From Raillietiella orientalis (taxonomy: Eukaryota): a stretch of DNA of 64,000 bases. The notes below the pieces were generated by a model, which worked only from the letters and a program-made list of their open reading frames with translations, made no database searches and had not been told where the DNA came from. The stretch covers positions 4,526,001-4,590,000 of the forward strand of contig JAYWIR010000009.1 of NCBI GenBank assembly GCA_036172245.1, in the 5' to 3' direction. This document shows, piece after piece, positions 35,072 to 49,632 of the stretch (position 1 is the stretch's first letter; each line of letters opens with the position of its first letter). A program made the translations under genes and the position numbers.

Positions 35072-38000
35072 AAGACATGTACTTAATATGACTGAGCATT
35101 TGAAGTGATTGAATAAACACAAAAATAATAGGAACATACGGGATGATTTATTTGAAATTATAAAAGCTCCTCTGACTAGATTCTCTCACACTAAATTAAC
35201 ACGGCAGTTCTACGATTTGCAAGAAACTGCCATCCGGACAAAATGAAGGTAACTAGATATAGGCAGGCTGCTATCCAACAATTATGTGCATTCTGGAAGC
35301 ATTCGTTTCAATTAAAATGCATACTTGTCATTAAAGTGCTTTATACTTGTCGATATTTCGTGTCCACTGCAGCATAAAAATCATTTATGTTGCCATAGTG
35401 CTCATCCAGTGCAAGGTCCTCTGCAAAGGCCACGCTATGCACGTAAAACAAACCTCCCATCAACACCTATTACCAATAAAACTAAAGAAGATAAAAATGT
35501 TCGATACATACCAATTGCAAAATGCCCCACACGCTGAGAACAAGCACACACAATGACAATTTTGGTCCACATATAGCCATACTGGCACAAAGTCGATCCT
35601 TCGTTTTACATACACAAACGGCCACAGAATCTGCAACGAAATGCAACAAACCCGATTAAGCTGGCATTCAACACTTCAATTAACGATGATAAATTTTCAC
35701 ATTTACGTTTTAAAACTGCCAGCCGTGGCCTCCCGAAGAATCATGCTGGATCGCACGCATGACCACACTCTTCGGATCGGATACACGAGATTTGGCTCGT
35801 TTGCATTACCAGCTGCCAGTTTTAAACAAGGCCGCGTACACTTTACTGGTGCACATTCAGGTGAGCACGGCATTGGAAGCACAAGAACACACATTCGAAA
35901 CAGAAACAACGCAGACGCACGTTTCTTTTACCCGGAATCGGTGACTTTGGGGCAGAGCTTTGCCACTCCTGGACTGCCCGATGGAATCTGGATCGCAGTG
36001 GCAATACCTATTGCTAATAATGCTCAAGGGCTTCGAAGATGAAAGTTCACTTCGGTCAGCTTCTCAGACGAATCTGAAATGCTGGGAGTGCTGGGGATGC
36101 TGCATCCTCAGCAACAACTGTTTTCTCTCCAGTCTTGTGTAACTCCGTTGCATCCTTTCAAGATGCAGGAACGGATGGGGGAAAAGTGCACGCTCGTCGA
36201 CGAACACTCCCCAAACACCAAAAACGACTCATTCTGCACGCATTTTCGGACCCTATTCCCCCCCCCTCCCCCACCCCCAAAAAAGAAAATCATCGTGTCG
36301 TCGGATCCACGTTGTAGAATGCTAGAATTCGTATTGGTCAATGAATTCAGAAACGTTGTTTTTTTCGGTGTGTGCGATTACATGGCTCGTTGCAGGGGGC
36401 TCTGGACCACACTTTCCCAGTTATTATTTTGTTCAGAATGTGGAACGCTTCACGATTCTGCGTGCCACATTTTTAGCCACTGGTGTCTTGTAATGGGAGC
36501 TAATTTTCGCTAACGTTATGCAAGCCGTTAAAAACGAAAGCAATCGTCTATGCATGGGGATCACACATGTAGATGGCTCAAGAGTCAGCTCTTGGGTGGC
36601 AGCTATCTATATACTGTATGGTAATTATAATTGCTTCATAAGAGTTAATAACATACGTCGGGATGAAAAAAATATATAAATGCATAAGTGCATGCATTTC
36701 TTACACGTTACTAAAGTGTCTTCAGTTGGGACTCGAGATTTACGAAGAAAACGATAAGTTGATTTGGGGATAAGCATTCCTGGAGTCTCATAAAAGGCAT
36801 CTTTTCTTCCTGGCATTTCCTAGACTATTGACATTCTTGAATTCCATAAATGCATGGAAAGACTTGAATGTATGTGTTTCTTAGAAATGCCAATGAGCCG
36901 TGAAGAAATCACACAGAACTAAAGTTATAAGACACCAAATAGAAACCCGCGGTATTTTTTCCATACCTCAGTGCTATTGGTTAGAACTGCATTAAAAGGA
37001 AACATGGAATTGGAATTGAGTATCATATTTAGATGGAAACTTAAATATAACTAATAGCTTCAAGTAACCAATGTAGCCTGCAATGAAAAGAAAGCGTGGA
37101 ATATCAGATTTAAAAAAACTGTAAATCAGATTAATGCCTAATAATCGGAAGGCAAATCAACTTGGAAACATACCAAGACATGATGTAGCACAAAGGTGGA
37201 AAACACCAAAAAAAAATGCGATCTAATAACAGAACAGCTAAAAGATGAAATAGTTTAAGAAACAGTATTACAAACACACACACTAGTTATTCTTCAAATA
37301 TAAGTAAGTAAAAGCCTAAAGTTAGAAACCTGAAAAGTAACAGAACTGGAATTATAATTCAAAAATAGATTTTACATTCTTTTTTGAAAACGAAAGAGGT
37401 TCGAGGTTTTGATCCGGCTAAACTTGAGAAAAGAATGAATCATGATCCATTTACTGGTTTCCCATTCCGATGTGCGGTGAGGTCATTTTATTCGTTCTTT
37501 TAACTTTTACAAAACCAAGCAAACGATAAGAATAAAATCCTTCTCTTGACAAGTATATACTTTGTTTTCGACATTTCCGGTTTTCCGCCAGGGGCAGATT
37601 GTTTTGCGGTGAGCAGAGGAGTCAGGAATGAAGGTAGGGGTGGGGAAAGATTAGGGAAGGGGGAGTTGGAGTGCCTACCGCTTGTCGCTTTGCCCCTGGT
37701 CTCTCTCTGTGTCTCTGTGACTTGCTGCCATGGTTCCTGGATGGTTCGCAGGATGCTGCTGATGGTCCATGCTGGAAACTTGCAGCAGGCTCTTATCCTG
37801 ATTTCTTTTTTGCACTATCACATCAAGATGCTATCATTTGTTTTCGCAATATTCTGTTAAGATATTCAGACTTTGCAGGTCTTCAGCATTTTAGCGAAAA
37901 AACATCAATGAAAAATGGAAAAATCTCTAAATTTATTTTTTGTATTTGTTGAATTATATACACAACAAAGTTTACAAATGGAACATGCAATCCTTCTTTT

Positions 38001-41000
38001 TTAATATAGCTACACCTACTTTAATTTTATGGACTTTTTAGGTATGATCAAAACAAAGTTTGCCAACCTCATGTTTTGGGGAAAGACTTTAAACTCATCC
38101 TTGAAGTCCTGAATTAATTTTTTAACAATGATTTTTCAAAGCAAATATCTCAGTATAACAAACTAGAGTTTTTGCAGAGAGAAACTTGAACTATGAAATA
38201 TTGGATTCTTTTACTGTGCCAGGATTGTTCGTGACCTTGCACACATTTGTGTATCTCCATGATATACAAAAATTTCTTTAGTTTCGTAATTGGCTCCATT
38301 TTTTCGAGTTTGTTAATTTAGTACTCCTTCGCACCATGAACTGTTTTTCTCTAATGCCATGTATATGATCCATGAATCTATTTCATTTAGTTCCATAGAC
38401 TGTATTTTTTTCTGAAAATTAATTTGCATGCTGTGTACATGTGACATATTCAACGTTTCAGCGTAGATTTCTTGATTTTTTGTTTCTTGCTTTTCAAAAA
38501 TTGGATTACTTAATTTTTTTTTTTTTTCGCCAAGCTCTTTATGAAAGGTAACTTCGTAATTTCGATAATTTGGTGGCTTAACTTGTTTTCAGTACAGACC
38601 GCATACTCAGTATGCTAAGCTTAGTCTTATTAAGTATTTCATATATTTATCAAACTTTTCAGATCACAGAACCTCTTTTCAGTTCCTGAATCAACGAAAA
38701 TTTTCGGAGTAGCAATGCTAACTGTGCAAAAGTAAGAATTTTTTTTTCGCAATGCCTTTGGACTTTTTTTTTTTTTTTCCTGCTGTTATTTTGTCATAGT
38801 TTAATATGGTTTTATATTCAGTAAACGAAAGACAAAGGAGTTCGAATTAAGAGTTTAAAACTTTCATTTCTTAGTATTTTTCTTTTCAGTTTATCACTTT
38901 TCATTAATAAATTCCAAGTTTTAAGAAAATCATCATCATTAATAAAACATAACCTGGTCATTTTCTTCTGTGATATTTTGTTCAATCTATTGAGCTTGAG
39001 GTTATTGAATGTGGCTTTCTGGATTAGTGACTACATTGGAAATCATTAACTGAAGAAATTAGGGACATTTAGCTTTGGTTTGCAGTTGCGCGAAATTGTT
39101 TTGGCCTAGAATTAACAATTATTCATACAGGAGAAAAATATGGTAGCAACCACGAGAACATGTGCCTTCTGCTACAGCTTGCTCTGTGAGGCATTTTTCT
39201 GATTTGTAAGCAATAAACTCAAAATGGGGTTATAAACTGAGCACAGCTGCTACTGGATTACTTATTTTATTCTGAGCATCAACGTATAAAATAAAATGAA
39301 GAAAATGGATCTTGAATGCAATGTTGAAGATTTACCATGGCGACTTATTTTGCTTAAGATAAACCCTGCTTATTTTATGTCTTAATCGAAGTGATGAGAT
39401 TAGTACCCTTATAATTACTTAGCTCAAGTGTTGTTGAGTGTATTTGCGAGATGTTATTTTTAATTCATAGAATTGCTTCACCGTGTAAGCATGAATTTAA
39501 CACCAGTTTGGTTCAGAAACTCGAGCCTCATCCACACGAAAGTATCCTGAAAAAATAGGAAACCACGGACTATGTTTTCATACCAGTAATTAGTTGCAAT
39601 TAGGTTACTCGCTCATTATTTTATCGACCCTGTTCAACAGCCATTTGCAAATGTCAAGGGATTTATGGTCTGCCACGTATACCTAGCGTTTCAAATTTTT
39701 AAATAAAAAATGTTTGTATTGCAATGGTTAATGTTTTTGTGGTTGTCGATTCACAAACACAACTGTCTTAGTCTCGCCTCCGATTAACTCTGAGTAATGT
39801 TTCAGGTTTTTTTTTTTTTTTTAGGTTGGTTGACTTGAGAGGATGTTCGACCTATACGGTAGTCTGATGGACCCACTTGAAAGGATGCTCATAGGAAAAG
39901 AACAGCTGATTTATGCGGGATTATTGCTTACCTCTTGCTATCGACTCAGTTTTCCTAATTTGAGGATACGTATTCCAGGAAGAGATCTTCAAGACAATTA
40001 GCTAATTATAATTAATGATAAATATTAAATTAATGATTAAAGACAACAAGCTGTCTATCATAAACAGGCAAAGTTTTTTCCCCTTTTATCTTTACCTAAT
40101 AATGGAAGGAATCGTTCATCAATCAATCGGTAGGACAAGTTGTATTTTTCCATGGATGCAAGCCAAAATCGCAATGCTTGGATTGGTATCATATTAGTAT
40201 GAACCGAAACGTTTCGGAAATTTCGGAATTGTGTCGAATTTTTGAATTATCTAAGGCTTCATGGTGGAATTCCTGCCAACTTACGAAGACGAAAAGCAGC
40301 TAGTGGAAACTTGTTGGTTACCAATTTGAGCATTGTGAAGCTGCCCATCCTGATGAGCGATCCATATTTGGGAGTCAGTCGAAAAGCCGCCTGACCCCCA
40401 CTAAGTCTCTGGTCGAGCTGCTGAGAAGTTGGCCTGCGTTGCTTGTGGGGAGCCTTCTGAAGGCCACGCGGAAGCCATCAATCCAGTTTGAACTCTTGTC
40501 TTTGAAATTGTACCTACATGATCGATACGTACTCGACGGTCTTGCATGTCGCCCGCCGACGGTGTTCCCAGTGTTTTTTTTTTTTTTCGTTTGTGTGTTT
40601 GTGTTGGCGTGTGCGGCTGGATTGCGCGTAGGAAACGGAGTCCGACACATCGTCTTCCTTCTTCAAGGCTGTTTGTGGAGTTCAAGCATCCTCAAATAAG
40701 AGACGATCTGTCACCGGGTGTGATCAAATTTTCGAGAGGTGGTCCGCCTCTGTTTTAAGTGCTCGAAATACTTATACGCACGTTGTATTTCCACAGAAGT
40801 TCGGAGCAATTTGTAATCCTCTCAGAAAATTAATTCGAATCAGGGGTTTTGAACCAAGCGAGCTTCCAAATGCTTGAATCGGCTCTTTTAATTTGCAAAG
40901 TGTCATTGCAGAGATTGTAGGGGAATCGCGGTACCTATTTTTGATTTTTTAAAATCGTGTTCTGTATTAAACTTACATTCAAAATCATTCATTGAACCAT

Positions 41001-41164
41001 AAGCAAAGTGACACTCCAAGTAAAGGGTAACGTGGACGAAGGAAAAGAAATGATGCCTTGAAATGTGTTGAGTTTCAAATTGAATCCAGTACTTGACAAG
41101 TGTTCAGTGTCTTGGCTATTCATATGTAGTTTGTTATTTAAATGAACTTTCAAGGAGTGTGTGC

Positions 41165-44100
41165 ATGATGTTCAGTATTCCACGATCATATGATGGTTCC
41201 AAAGTATTAGGATCTCTTGGAGAGTTTGTCGGATTACCAATTGATCAGGTAATCTTGGTCTGCCCAATTGAGGGCAAACAAGCCTTTGCTTTCCATTGTT
41301 CGTGACATTAACTTGGATCTAACCTTAAATATTGTTTGTGACCTTGAAATCTTTCTAATCGGAAGTCAAAAAATCCATCTCATTTGTGTAATAAAAGTAC
41401 ATTTGAATATTTATCTTTCAGATTAATTATGTAGTAGGACAGTTATCGGCGCTTTTGCTTGCTTTCGTATTTAAGTGGCGGTTTTGCCCCCAAAAAACAA
41501 CAGAAACTGTTCGACATTCCATAGCTATCAGCGGTGGTGTTTTGTTATCATATTTGTGCTTTGGAAGGTATGCATATTATGAAGCTGTAAGATTCATAAC
41601 GATTGATGTGTCATTTGTGTTTGCAATCCGTAGAACTTCACATTTCCAACTTTTTGTATGTTGAACATGATTTAATTTTTAGTTTTGTTTAATAGGGTAA
41701 TAATAAGGATTAATGCAGAACTGTTGTTTATTCTTTCATAGTGTTTGTGCGGATAAATAAATAATTTTTTAACAGATGTATCAAAAAGTTCATTTCATTT
41801 TAACAACTATTTTCGCTAAATACTAAAAACACTCCCCACTGAATCAGTGTGCCCTGTTATTTTTTAATCTCTTTTGAAATGAAGTAAAGTAAAGTGCGAG
41901 CTCCAGTTTCTTTTCAATTAATTATGCTTACATATCAGTTTCTATTTGTGTCAGAGATGATTTAGTATTTGATTTGATCCTGTAATTTTTCATTGCTGTA
42001 CAAAACTGGTGAGTAGTAAAATACAAGTGTGATCCTAAAAAGCTCCTAAACATAATTGCATTTAGGAGGGAATGCTGTGATGTACTGTGACTTCATTAGC
42101 ATATTTTTGAGAACTTTCGAGAAGTGTTTTTTAAAAACCAAATCATATTTGTTATGGATGTGAATGACAGTTTTTACACATTTCTATGAATTATCAAAAC
42201 ATGGTGGATTAATAAGTTTGTCTGATGAAATTTGTATTCTCACATATAATATGGATAGGAGTTTTCGTTTTGAGCCTCATGGAGCAAAGCACAATGTGAG
42301 CCATTCATAGTGTAAAGGGGGCATTTAAATCCACATAACAAGAAAAAGCCTAATGTTGAATCAAAAATTTCTAGTCCATCAAGAAATGCTAACTTTAATC
42401 CGAGCAAGCAGATGATTGTATTTAAGAATAATATCTAGATGTCAGAAAAAATAGTTGCATATCTATAGAAAACTTACTTTTAACACCAAAAACATTATTT
42501 TTTGAACTGCTCTGTATACATGCTGGATTGTGTTTTTAGCAATAAATTTACTAGGTGTATATGATGTACATCATTATGTCATGATTACAAAGCATGTTTA
42601 TGAATGTTTTTTATTGATCTAAGCAAAGGCTAATATAAACAGATAGTTGAATGCTGTAAATAATTTGGGTATTAAGTTATTGAATACTCAAATTTCTTCT
42701 TGAGAATAAGCAAGTAATTAGGGCAGAAAATGATCTATGTTAGAAAACAACTATGACATCAGCTTTCCATTATGAAACATTTGCACCATAATTGGCTGCT
42801 GCAGTCACAAGGGGGATTTGTTTTTGAACATAAGCATGCAGATTCAACTTGTGCCTACCAGATGGCTTTGATTTGCATTACTTTATATAATTTGGGCACC
42901 TCACCTCAGACAAAAAGTTTGAAAGTCTAGAGTCTGAGTTATTTATTTTTATCTTACATTTATGTTCAAGTGATGTGTACTGATGGTTTCCAGATTGTTA
43001 ATATTCTTCTGGTTTAGTGATTTCTAAGCTACATCCAGTATTCATCAAAAATTAAGGTGAAAGGAATAATGTAAGTGGTATAATAAGTTGATTGGGTTGA
43101 ACAAAAGTGAGAGCAAATGAAACTCAGGAGAAATTCAAAAATGAATTTAGAAGCAGTTTTTTGGGCTGAGGAATTAAAGTTAGGCTTCTGTTTTAATAGA
43201 CAATAAATGACTTGAAAAAGTACAATTTATTCTGAAAGGATTCTCAACACAGAGTGAATGCATGTAAGAGTTCGAGCTGAAGAAATAAGAAAAAAAATTA
43301 CTCAGCCTACTTTGGAATACAGAGCAGATGAAGCATCAGAGTTAATATGCATTGGATCAGATGATCTGAACAATGTTATGCAGCCAATTTAAATGTGTGC
43401 TGACTGTTTGACTTTTGGATCTGTGAACAATTTTTTAAATACAATTGAAAGGTTTCCTTACAGGAGGAAGAAACATACACATACAAAAAATAAAAAGTTG
43501 GAAAAAAAAAAAGGCTTAAAATTGACTACAAGGCTTTTGGTAAAATAAGGAGTAGAATTTACATACCAAGCATGTAAACTTAAGTACAAGAATACATTAT
43601 TGAACTGTTTTGCCTAGCTGAAAGCAATTTTTCATGAACGTATTGTAGAAACTAGAATGATTCATTGGTGATGTGTAGAAGTGTCTGGTACATCACAATT
43701 GCAGATAAACAAAAGAAAGTCATGAACATGAAGTAATATCAGGAAGATTTTTTGAGGTAACAAAAAAATTAAATCTATGTTGTCAAATCTGCCTGAAGTT
43801 TTCAAGAATGAACTGTAAGATGTGCAATAGAAAAAATTTATTATGCAAAGAAGCAGAATGGACAAATACAGACTTTGTTACTCAAAAGCAAGTTTTAACA
43901 AAGGCAATGGATTCCAGAGTATTAAATATTTTATCCAACATTTTGTTGTTGAAAAAAATATTTTTGTTTCTGCAAGTCTTCTTTCATGAAAATGTTTCTT
44001 TATGTTGGAATAAGATATTTTTTAAACTTTACTCATCATGCCAATGAATAGTGTTGCTGTAGTTATGATTCACTTCGAGATTAATAAATCTCAAAGTGAA

Positions 44101-46092
44101 AATTGTTTATGATTCATTTGATTCTTGGAAATGCGTAGTTTCATGCTATTTTTTTTTTTTAAATATATTTTGCAAACTTGCATAATTAGGTGAAGAAGTT
44201 TTCTTTGAGCATGCATGCATTTTGTAAATGCCTAGTTAGCCTTTTCTTCTTATAAAGCGTTTTCAAAACTTTCATAAGGATCATAAAATAAGTTGGATGC
44301 AACTGTCTGTACATAGCAAACAATCCTATATAGAAAATGGAATTTTTCATATTAACATTAGCTATATAAAATTTGTCATTAATATTTGTATCTTAATTTT
44401 AATTCAAATGAGAGTTGTAAAACTGGGATTTTCTTTATCCAGGCAAATAATTCATTTAATTTTATACTCATCGATCAGCTATGGAATGCTTCATGCTTTC
44501 AGACCAGAAATTCCACACCGGTAAATTTTAATGTAAAATTCCACTGATTCTTAATTGTTGTGAAAGCATATGCTTGGTATTTTCCTTGCTTTATTTAGCA
44601 TATTTGCACCTTCAGAGATTAACTTCCAGTTATGGAGAGTATGTGCTTGATGTCACAGGTATGATAAAGCAATATTTGTATGTAAACAGTAGTATATTTA
44701 GGACCTTTCATGATAATGATGCAAAAAGTAACAAGTTTGGCATTTAGTCTACATGATGGATTGAAAAATGCTAATGATCTCACTGAATGCGAAAGAAAAC
44801 TGCAGATAAAGTACATATTTTCATTAACTCAAATGCATTCATTTTAACTTTAATTCAGTTTTGATTTATTGTTGTTGGGTAAGATTTATTATTGTTTTCA
44901 ACTTTCGTTGTAGTTATAAATTCAAAATATTTAAGAGCTTCTCCCACCATTTTGGAATATTACGGTTATCTGTGGAACTTTCAAGGAATATTAGCAGGTC
45001 CTCTTGTATTTTATTGTGATTATGCAGATTTTATTGGTGGAAGGAATTTCAGAAAATGTAACCAAAAAGTGCAAGTAAGCCTTTCATGATAACCTCCCTA
45101 AGTAATTAATCATTATCAATCAACTAATAACCATGCAATAAATAATCATTTCAAAAACTCTCAAGAGAGCATTTTACAGCAAGAACCATCAGCACTGAAG
45201 GAGGTACTCAGAAAGTTGAGCAGTAGTGCTGTATTTGCAATTGGCACTTTTTTGTCTTTGAAAATACCTCGGATTATATTTGGTATTTCTTTCATATTTA
45301 AAGGTTTTTTTATCTTTTATGTTTCTGCCATCAGATCCATTGTTTCTGCTGAAACAGCCATTTATTTTACAAACATGTTACTTGTTTGTAATAGTAATTA
45401 CAGCACGTTGGAAATATTATCATGCTTGGATATTAGGGGATGCCATAAATAATGCAGCAGGATTGGGATTTCGTGAATATGATTTAAATGGAAACCCAAA
45501 ATGGGACCTTATTTCCAATGTTTTTTTTTTTCAAGTAGAGGTATCTTTCATAGAGAAAATATTTCCTAGGCTGAAAAACATGAACTTGTTTAGCTAGCTG
45601 GAAGTCTTCGTCAAGTAATTGAAAATTGGAACATTGGTACCTCTCGTTGGTTAAGATTCATAGCCTATGATAGATGCACCAATTATAAAACGGTTGCTAC
45701 TTATTTGTTGTCAGCTGTGTGGCATGGATTTTATCCTGGATACTATTTCACCTTCCTGAATGGGGCCCTGTTTACAAAAGCATCTCGTAAAGTGAGAAAA
45801 TTTAACTTTTTAACGTAATTTGGCTGCTGTTTAGGTTAGACACAGAGTGAGACCATTTTTCCAAAGATGGACTGCTTCCAAGAAAGTGTATGATTTCCTT
45901 ACATTTTGTGTCACACAGATCACGCTTACATACATTGCATTTCCTTTCGTTATATTAGAATTCTGGTCTTGCTTGCAGATATACAGGTTTGTTGCTTTGA
46001 AATTGCACTCCCCTTAATGCTTTTTTTTTTCTTTTGATAGTTCACAACAATTTTGGTTACATTTACTTGCAATAGCAGTGATCCTTGTTTAA
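41165..46092 (+). CDS. MBOAT2: Lysophospholipid acyltransferase, MBOAT1/2 (oysgedart-like)
   Basis: Exons 41165-41248, 41422-41567, 44443-44520, 44567-44658, 44702-44810, 44936-45074, 45180-45282, 45335-45540, 45594-45791, 45835-45986, 46041-46092. Motifs: YDGSKVL..GLPIDQINYV, LDVTGPFMIMMQKVTSLAFSLHDG, ILAGP, KYYHAWILGDAINNAAGLGF, WDLISNV, WNIGT..WL and catalytic SAVWHGFYPGYY. Confidence 0.95.
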
Positions 46093-47097
46093 CTTTTGCA
46101 CAGAAAATTGACTTGGAATATAAGAACTGTGTGTACATGAGATATTTTTGCTGTATTTTTATATCTGATTTTATAGGTCATTATCTATTAGTATGTAAAT
46201 ATGATGATTTTGCAGTATTAAACTCATTTTTGAATCTAGTTTGGGGGCAGCATGCCTTTTTACAAAATTGAATGCATGAAGTTCACTATAATGTTTTCTT
46301 AATTTACAAATTATTCACAACAGCTGTTGCATATTGGACTCTGTTGCTTAATTTACTTCTAATTGTCATTAAATAAATTCAAAATAATTTTGATGGTGAT
46401 TCTCTCATTTATTTATTATTGCAATGATAGCAGGTTGAAGCAACTTTTGATTCTTGCTTGGAAGCCAGTGCACTTTAAATGCATGCCATTTCATGTTTTA
46501 TGAGCAGAGCATCTTTGACAAAAACATGAAAAAAAGATGTTCAGTTCTTGTAACTGATAGCAGATCACAATAGTAGGATTTTCAAATGGTTCCTTTGTGT
46601 AAAATGTCTCTGTATGTGCTGCTTTTGACCAAGTTACGCCCAATCACGGGAAGTTAAAAAACCGCAAAGTGTAATTGTTTGCTTTCAAACCTTTGGTATT
46701 TATCAAAACTTTCTCAAACGGAAACAGCAACAGGAGCATTGCATTTAGTTCCTTCAGAGCAACATTATCTGACAAGCATGGAATTCTGCATGCAGCAGAA
46801 TTACCCCGTTTGGTCACATTCTGTTTGGAAAAGCATTGTGTACATAGGAAATGCATCATCACAAAGTTGATAAAGAAGTCAGTTTCGTGCTTTTTAATTT
46901 TATGGCTCACTTTCTTTGTCAGTTGAAAAGTATCATTTAAAACTAATAAATATTTTACTATGCAACATGGTTAAGTTACATGCACCAACTTATGATGATA
47001 AAATCAATGGAATGAATGTCACCGGAAATATTCGGCTTTGCATGCATCTGCAACAAGGTGGAGTTAGTAGTTGTTGGTTAGGTGGATGATTAAGTTA

Positions 47098-48770
47098 TTA
47101 AATTAGTTGAGTAATGTGACTCTTGAGACGCTGCACAGAATCTTTTGAAGGTCCCTTTGCAGTGAGTGCTAAGACAAGGCCACCCCTTTTTGCTATGCCC
47201 ACACCCTTGATCCATGGCTCTCCCAAATAACTCACCTGACTGCAACCTGATGCTACAAAGTATGACGAGGAAAATGCCACGAAAGGCAGTTTTCCATTCT
47301 CCCTTAGCCGCGGACAATTTTGGGGAATATGTCCGAAAACAATGTTTGTCTCTATTCAAACGTGTTTGGCCTTCTATATCGCTGTGTAGTTCGAAATCGG
47401 TTCCTGTAATGCAGCGTCAACCTCAGTCACGTTTATCGCAAATGCATTCACTATCCTTCTGCCGGAATGCTCACATCCAGCAGACCACGACAACCAACTT
47501 CCATATCATTGTGCAGCTGCTGCAGGTGTTCCACGTTTCAAGAGTGTGTCATCATCTTTTAACTCGAGATTGCTTACCGCTAAAGAAGGAAGCTGGGAAA
47601 AATTTCCGACGTTCAACGTTGCTTCCGTACAGCTTTGGTTTTCCGAGAAATTCCATAATAATCTCACTCCATGATGAATGGTTTCTCCCCTGCAGTAGCC
47701 AGATTGAGAATTTTAGCTTTTCAGGCAGCTCGGCAAAATATGCGGCACTCGGTGGAGGTGGTCTCTCTTTCAATTTGTTTACTACTCGCAAATGCAGCAA
47801 CCGTGTCCCACCAAGCAGCAAAACGACGAAGGTAGCGGCTGCCTCAGCTACCCGTCGGTTGCCAACGTACTTCTGCGCGTAATGGAGAGCCCTCAGTGTC
47901 TTCAGAAAGCTGCCGAAGTAAAGGATCTTGAAGTGCATCCGATTTTATGCTGCTCATCACGCCACACTTGGAGGCTCGTGCAAAGCGCGCTGCCACTTAT
48001 CGGAAATCAAGTGTTGCAGAGGAACCACGCAGTCGATACAGACTGCTTCTGGTACGGCACTTTTCAGGAATGCAGTAAACCTTCCGTTCTCCCACCGAAG
48101 CAGCAGCATCCGTATCGGAAGCCATGATGTTTTCCAAAGGGATATCCTTCTCCACTCTTCAAAAATCGCCTTCAGTGTCCGCTTCAGGCTTGGGAGGAAG
48201 AGCGATTCTTCTCCACACTTACCCTTATCTGACATCAGCGATCGGTATTGCTGGTGTCATCTCTAAGACATGACTCGCTCGTTTGCAGAGCAAGCTTCTT
48301 AACTTTTAACTGGGAGACTACTTGTTTCCCCCCATGGTCTGCCATTTCGTCGATACGCTTCGAAACTGATGAATTGCTCAAAGGAACGCATTTAGCATCT
48401 TAAGCATTTTCGTTCTTGACCTTCGAACTCTCAACAGGCACTGCCGGCCAATTCGAGGTTCACGTACGTGGCGTGGCTTGCCATTGGGAATCAATTTTGG
48501 TATCTCGTAAGATACGACGAAACCTTTCTCCAATTTATGGGATTTCTCAACCAGCATTTTCTTCATTGTACACCTAGCTGCAAAATTATCCCAGAGGGTC
48601 CGAAAACATTCCAGTCCGCATCTTGTCTGTATGATGTTACAAAATGCTTCTGCAATGTACATCGACGCCTGCTTTCACCAGAAACTGTAGCCGTACGCAG
48701 TAAACTGAAGCCGTAGCCAAAAAGCTCAACAAAGTGCTGTCGACGTTTCTTTGCAGAGCTCTTCGTCGCA
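47098..48770 (-). pseudogene. Near full-length decayed hAT transposase of the Buster/ZBED8/SCAND3-like group
   Basis: Colinear motifs across many frameshifts: AKKRRQHFVELFGYGF, GFVVSYEIPKLI..GKPRH, IMASDTDAAASVG (TDGA), FTAFLKSAVP...IDCVVPLQHL (HCVIHRQHL), IKSDALQDPLLRQL, AEVRWQPTG (TEVRWLSKG) and AFSSSYFVASGCS...IAKRGGL (FPSSYLVERGFS...RGDL). Confidence 0.9.
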
Positions 48771-49349
48771 ACACTGCACCTTGCTTAACTGGCGAAGTTC
48801 TCAGGGAAACCGACCTTCCGAAGAAGCATCAAGTGACGGACCCGTTCGAGTCCTGCAGGCCTCGAGAAGGTCGCGCAAGAAGAAGCGAAGGACACAGATC
48901 AGCATCCGGTTGGGTTATCATGGGTTGCTGTAATGGGACTTCTCAACGACTCGGGGTCAAACTGCGGTCCCTCGAGATCAATGGTTCGCTGAGGGCTTTC
49001 GCTGTTTGCCATGAGGTCAGGACAACGACAATGCACGGTTTCCCGTTTCGGAAGCGGACGGTGCCTTCTCTTCCATCAGCAAAAAGTGTTTACAGTATAA
49101 TGCACCTTTGTTTTCTGTGGCCTGCTTGCAATGCTCCGTGTCTTCCCCGTAAGATGGTTTCCCCTTGTGGCATGTTTTCAGTATTCTGGGATCCCAGGGG
49201 CCACATTCTGGATTCCCGATCGAAAAATCCCGCTTTAGAATACAATTTGAGATGCATAATTTATTCGACTTCCAGTGTAGGTGTCTCGCTTAAAGTCGCT
49301 TGTGTAAGCGTTTTTAATCATTGCTTCACGGATTCACTCAAAGAATGAA

Positions 49350-49632
49350 AATGCAAAGAGTATTGCGTATTAGCCGAAAAATTAGCAGAGAACTGTCGTT
49401 ACATAGCCTTATCAAAGGAGTCATGTCCAGTGTTGCGTCATTTTGCATTTTTACCAAGCTTTTGATTAAGAGTAGGTTGCTTCATGTGAATACTGACGGT
49501 GGGCAGGCAGTGTTGTCGGAAAGCGGAATTGATTTCAGAGAGTTTGAGATTGAGGTATTCAGAGATTTGGATTGGCAAAAACACACACTACTTCTCGTTC
49601 TTCATGAGAAACTTTCATACTTGCAAGAGTAA
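49350..49632 (+). mobile_element. Possible hAT (GTF2IRD2/SPIN-like) transposase fragment
   Basis: ISRELSLHSLIKG...LLHVNTDGGQAVLS...VLHEKL resembles EELL.L..MKG...SVTTDGAPAM...IHQEAL. A gggccacat motif, as in some hAT subterminal regions, lies at about 49198. Confidence 0.4.

Noticed and set aside
40204..40390. 14-bp palindrome ccgaaacgtttcgg and a nearby CTGATGA...GAAA (Penelope/hammerhead idea)
   Set aside because: Stems I-III could not be formed, and there is no adjacent Penelope-like ORF.
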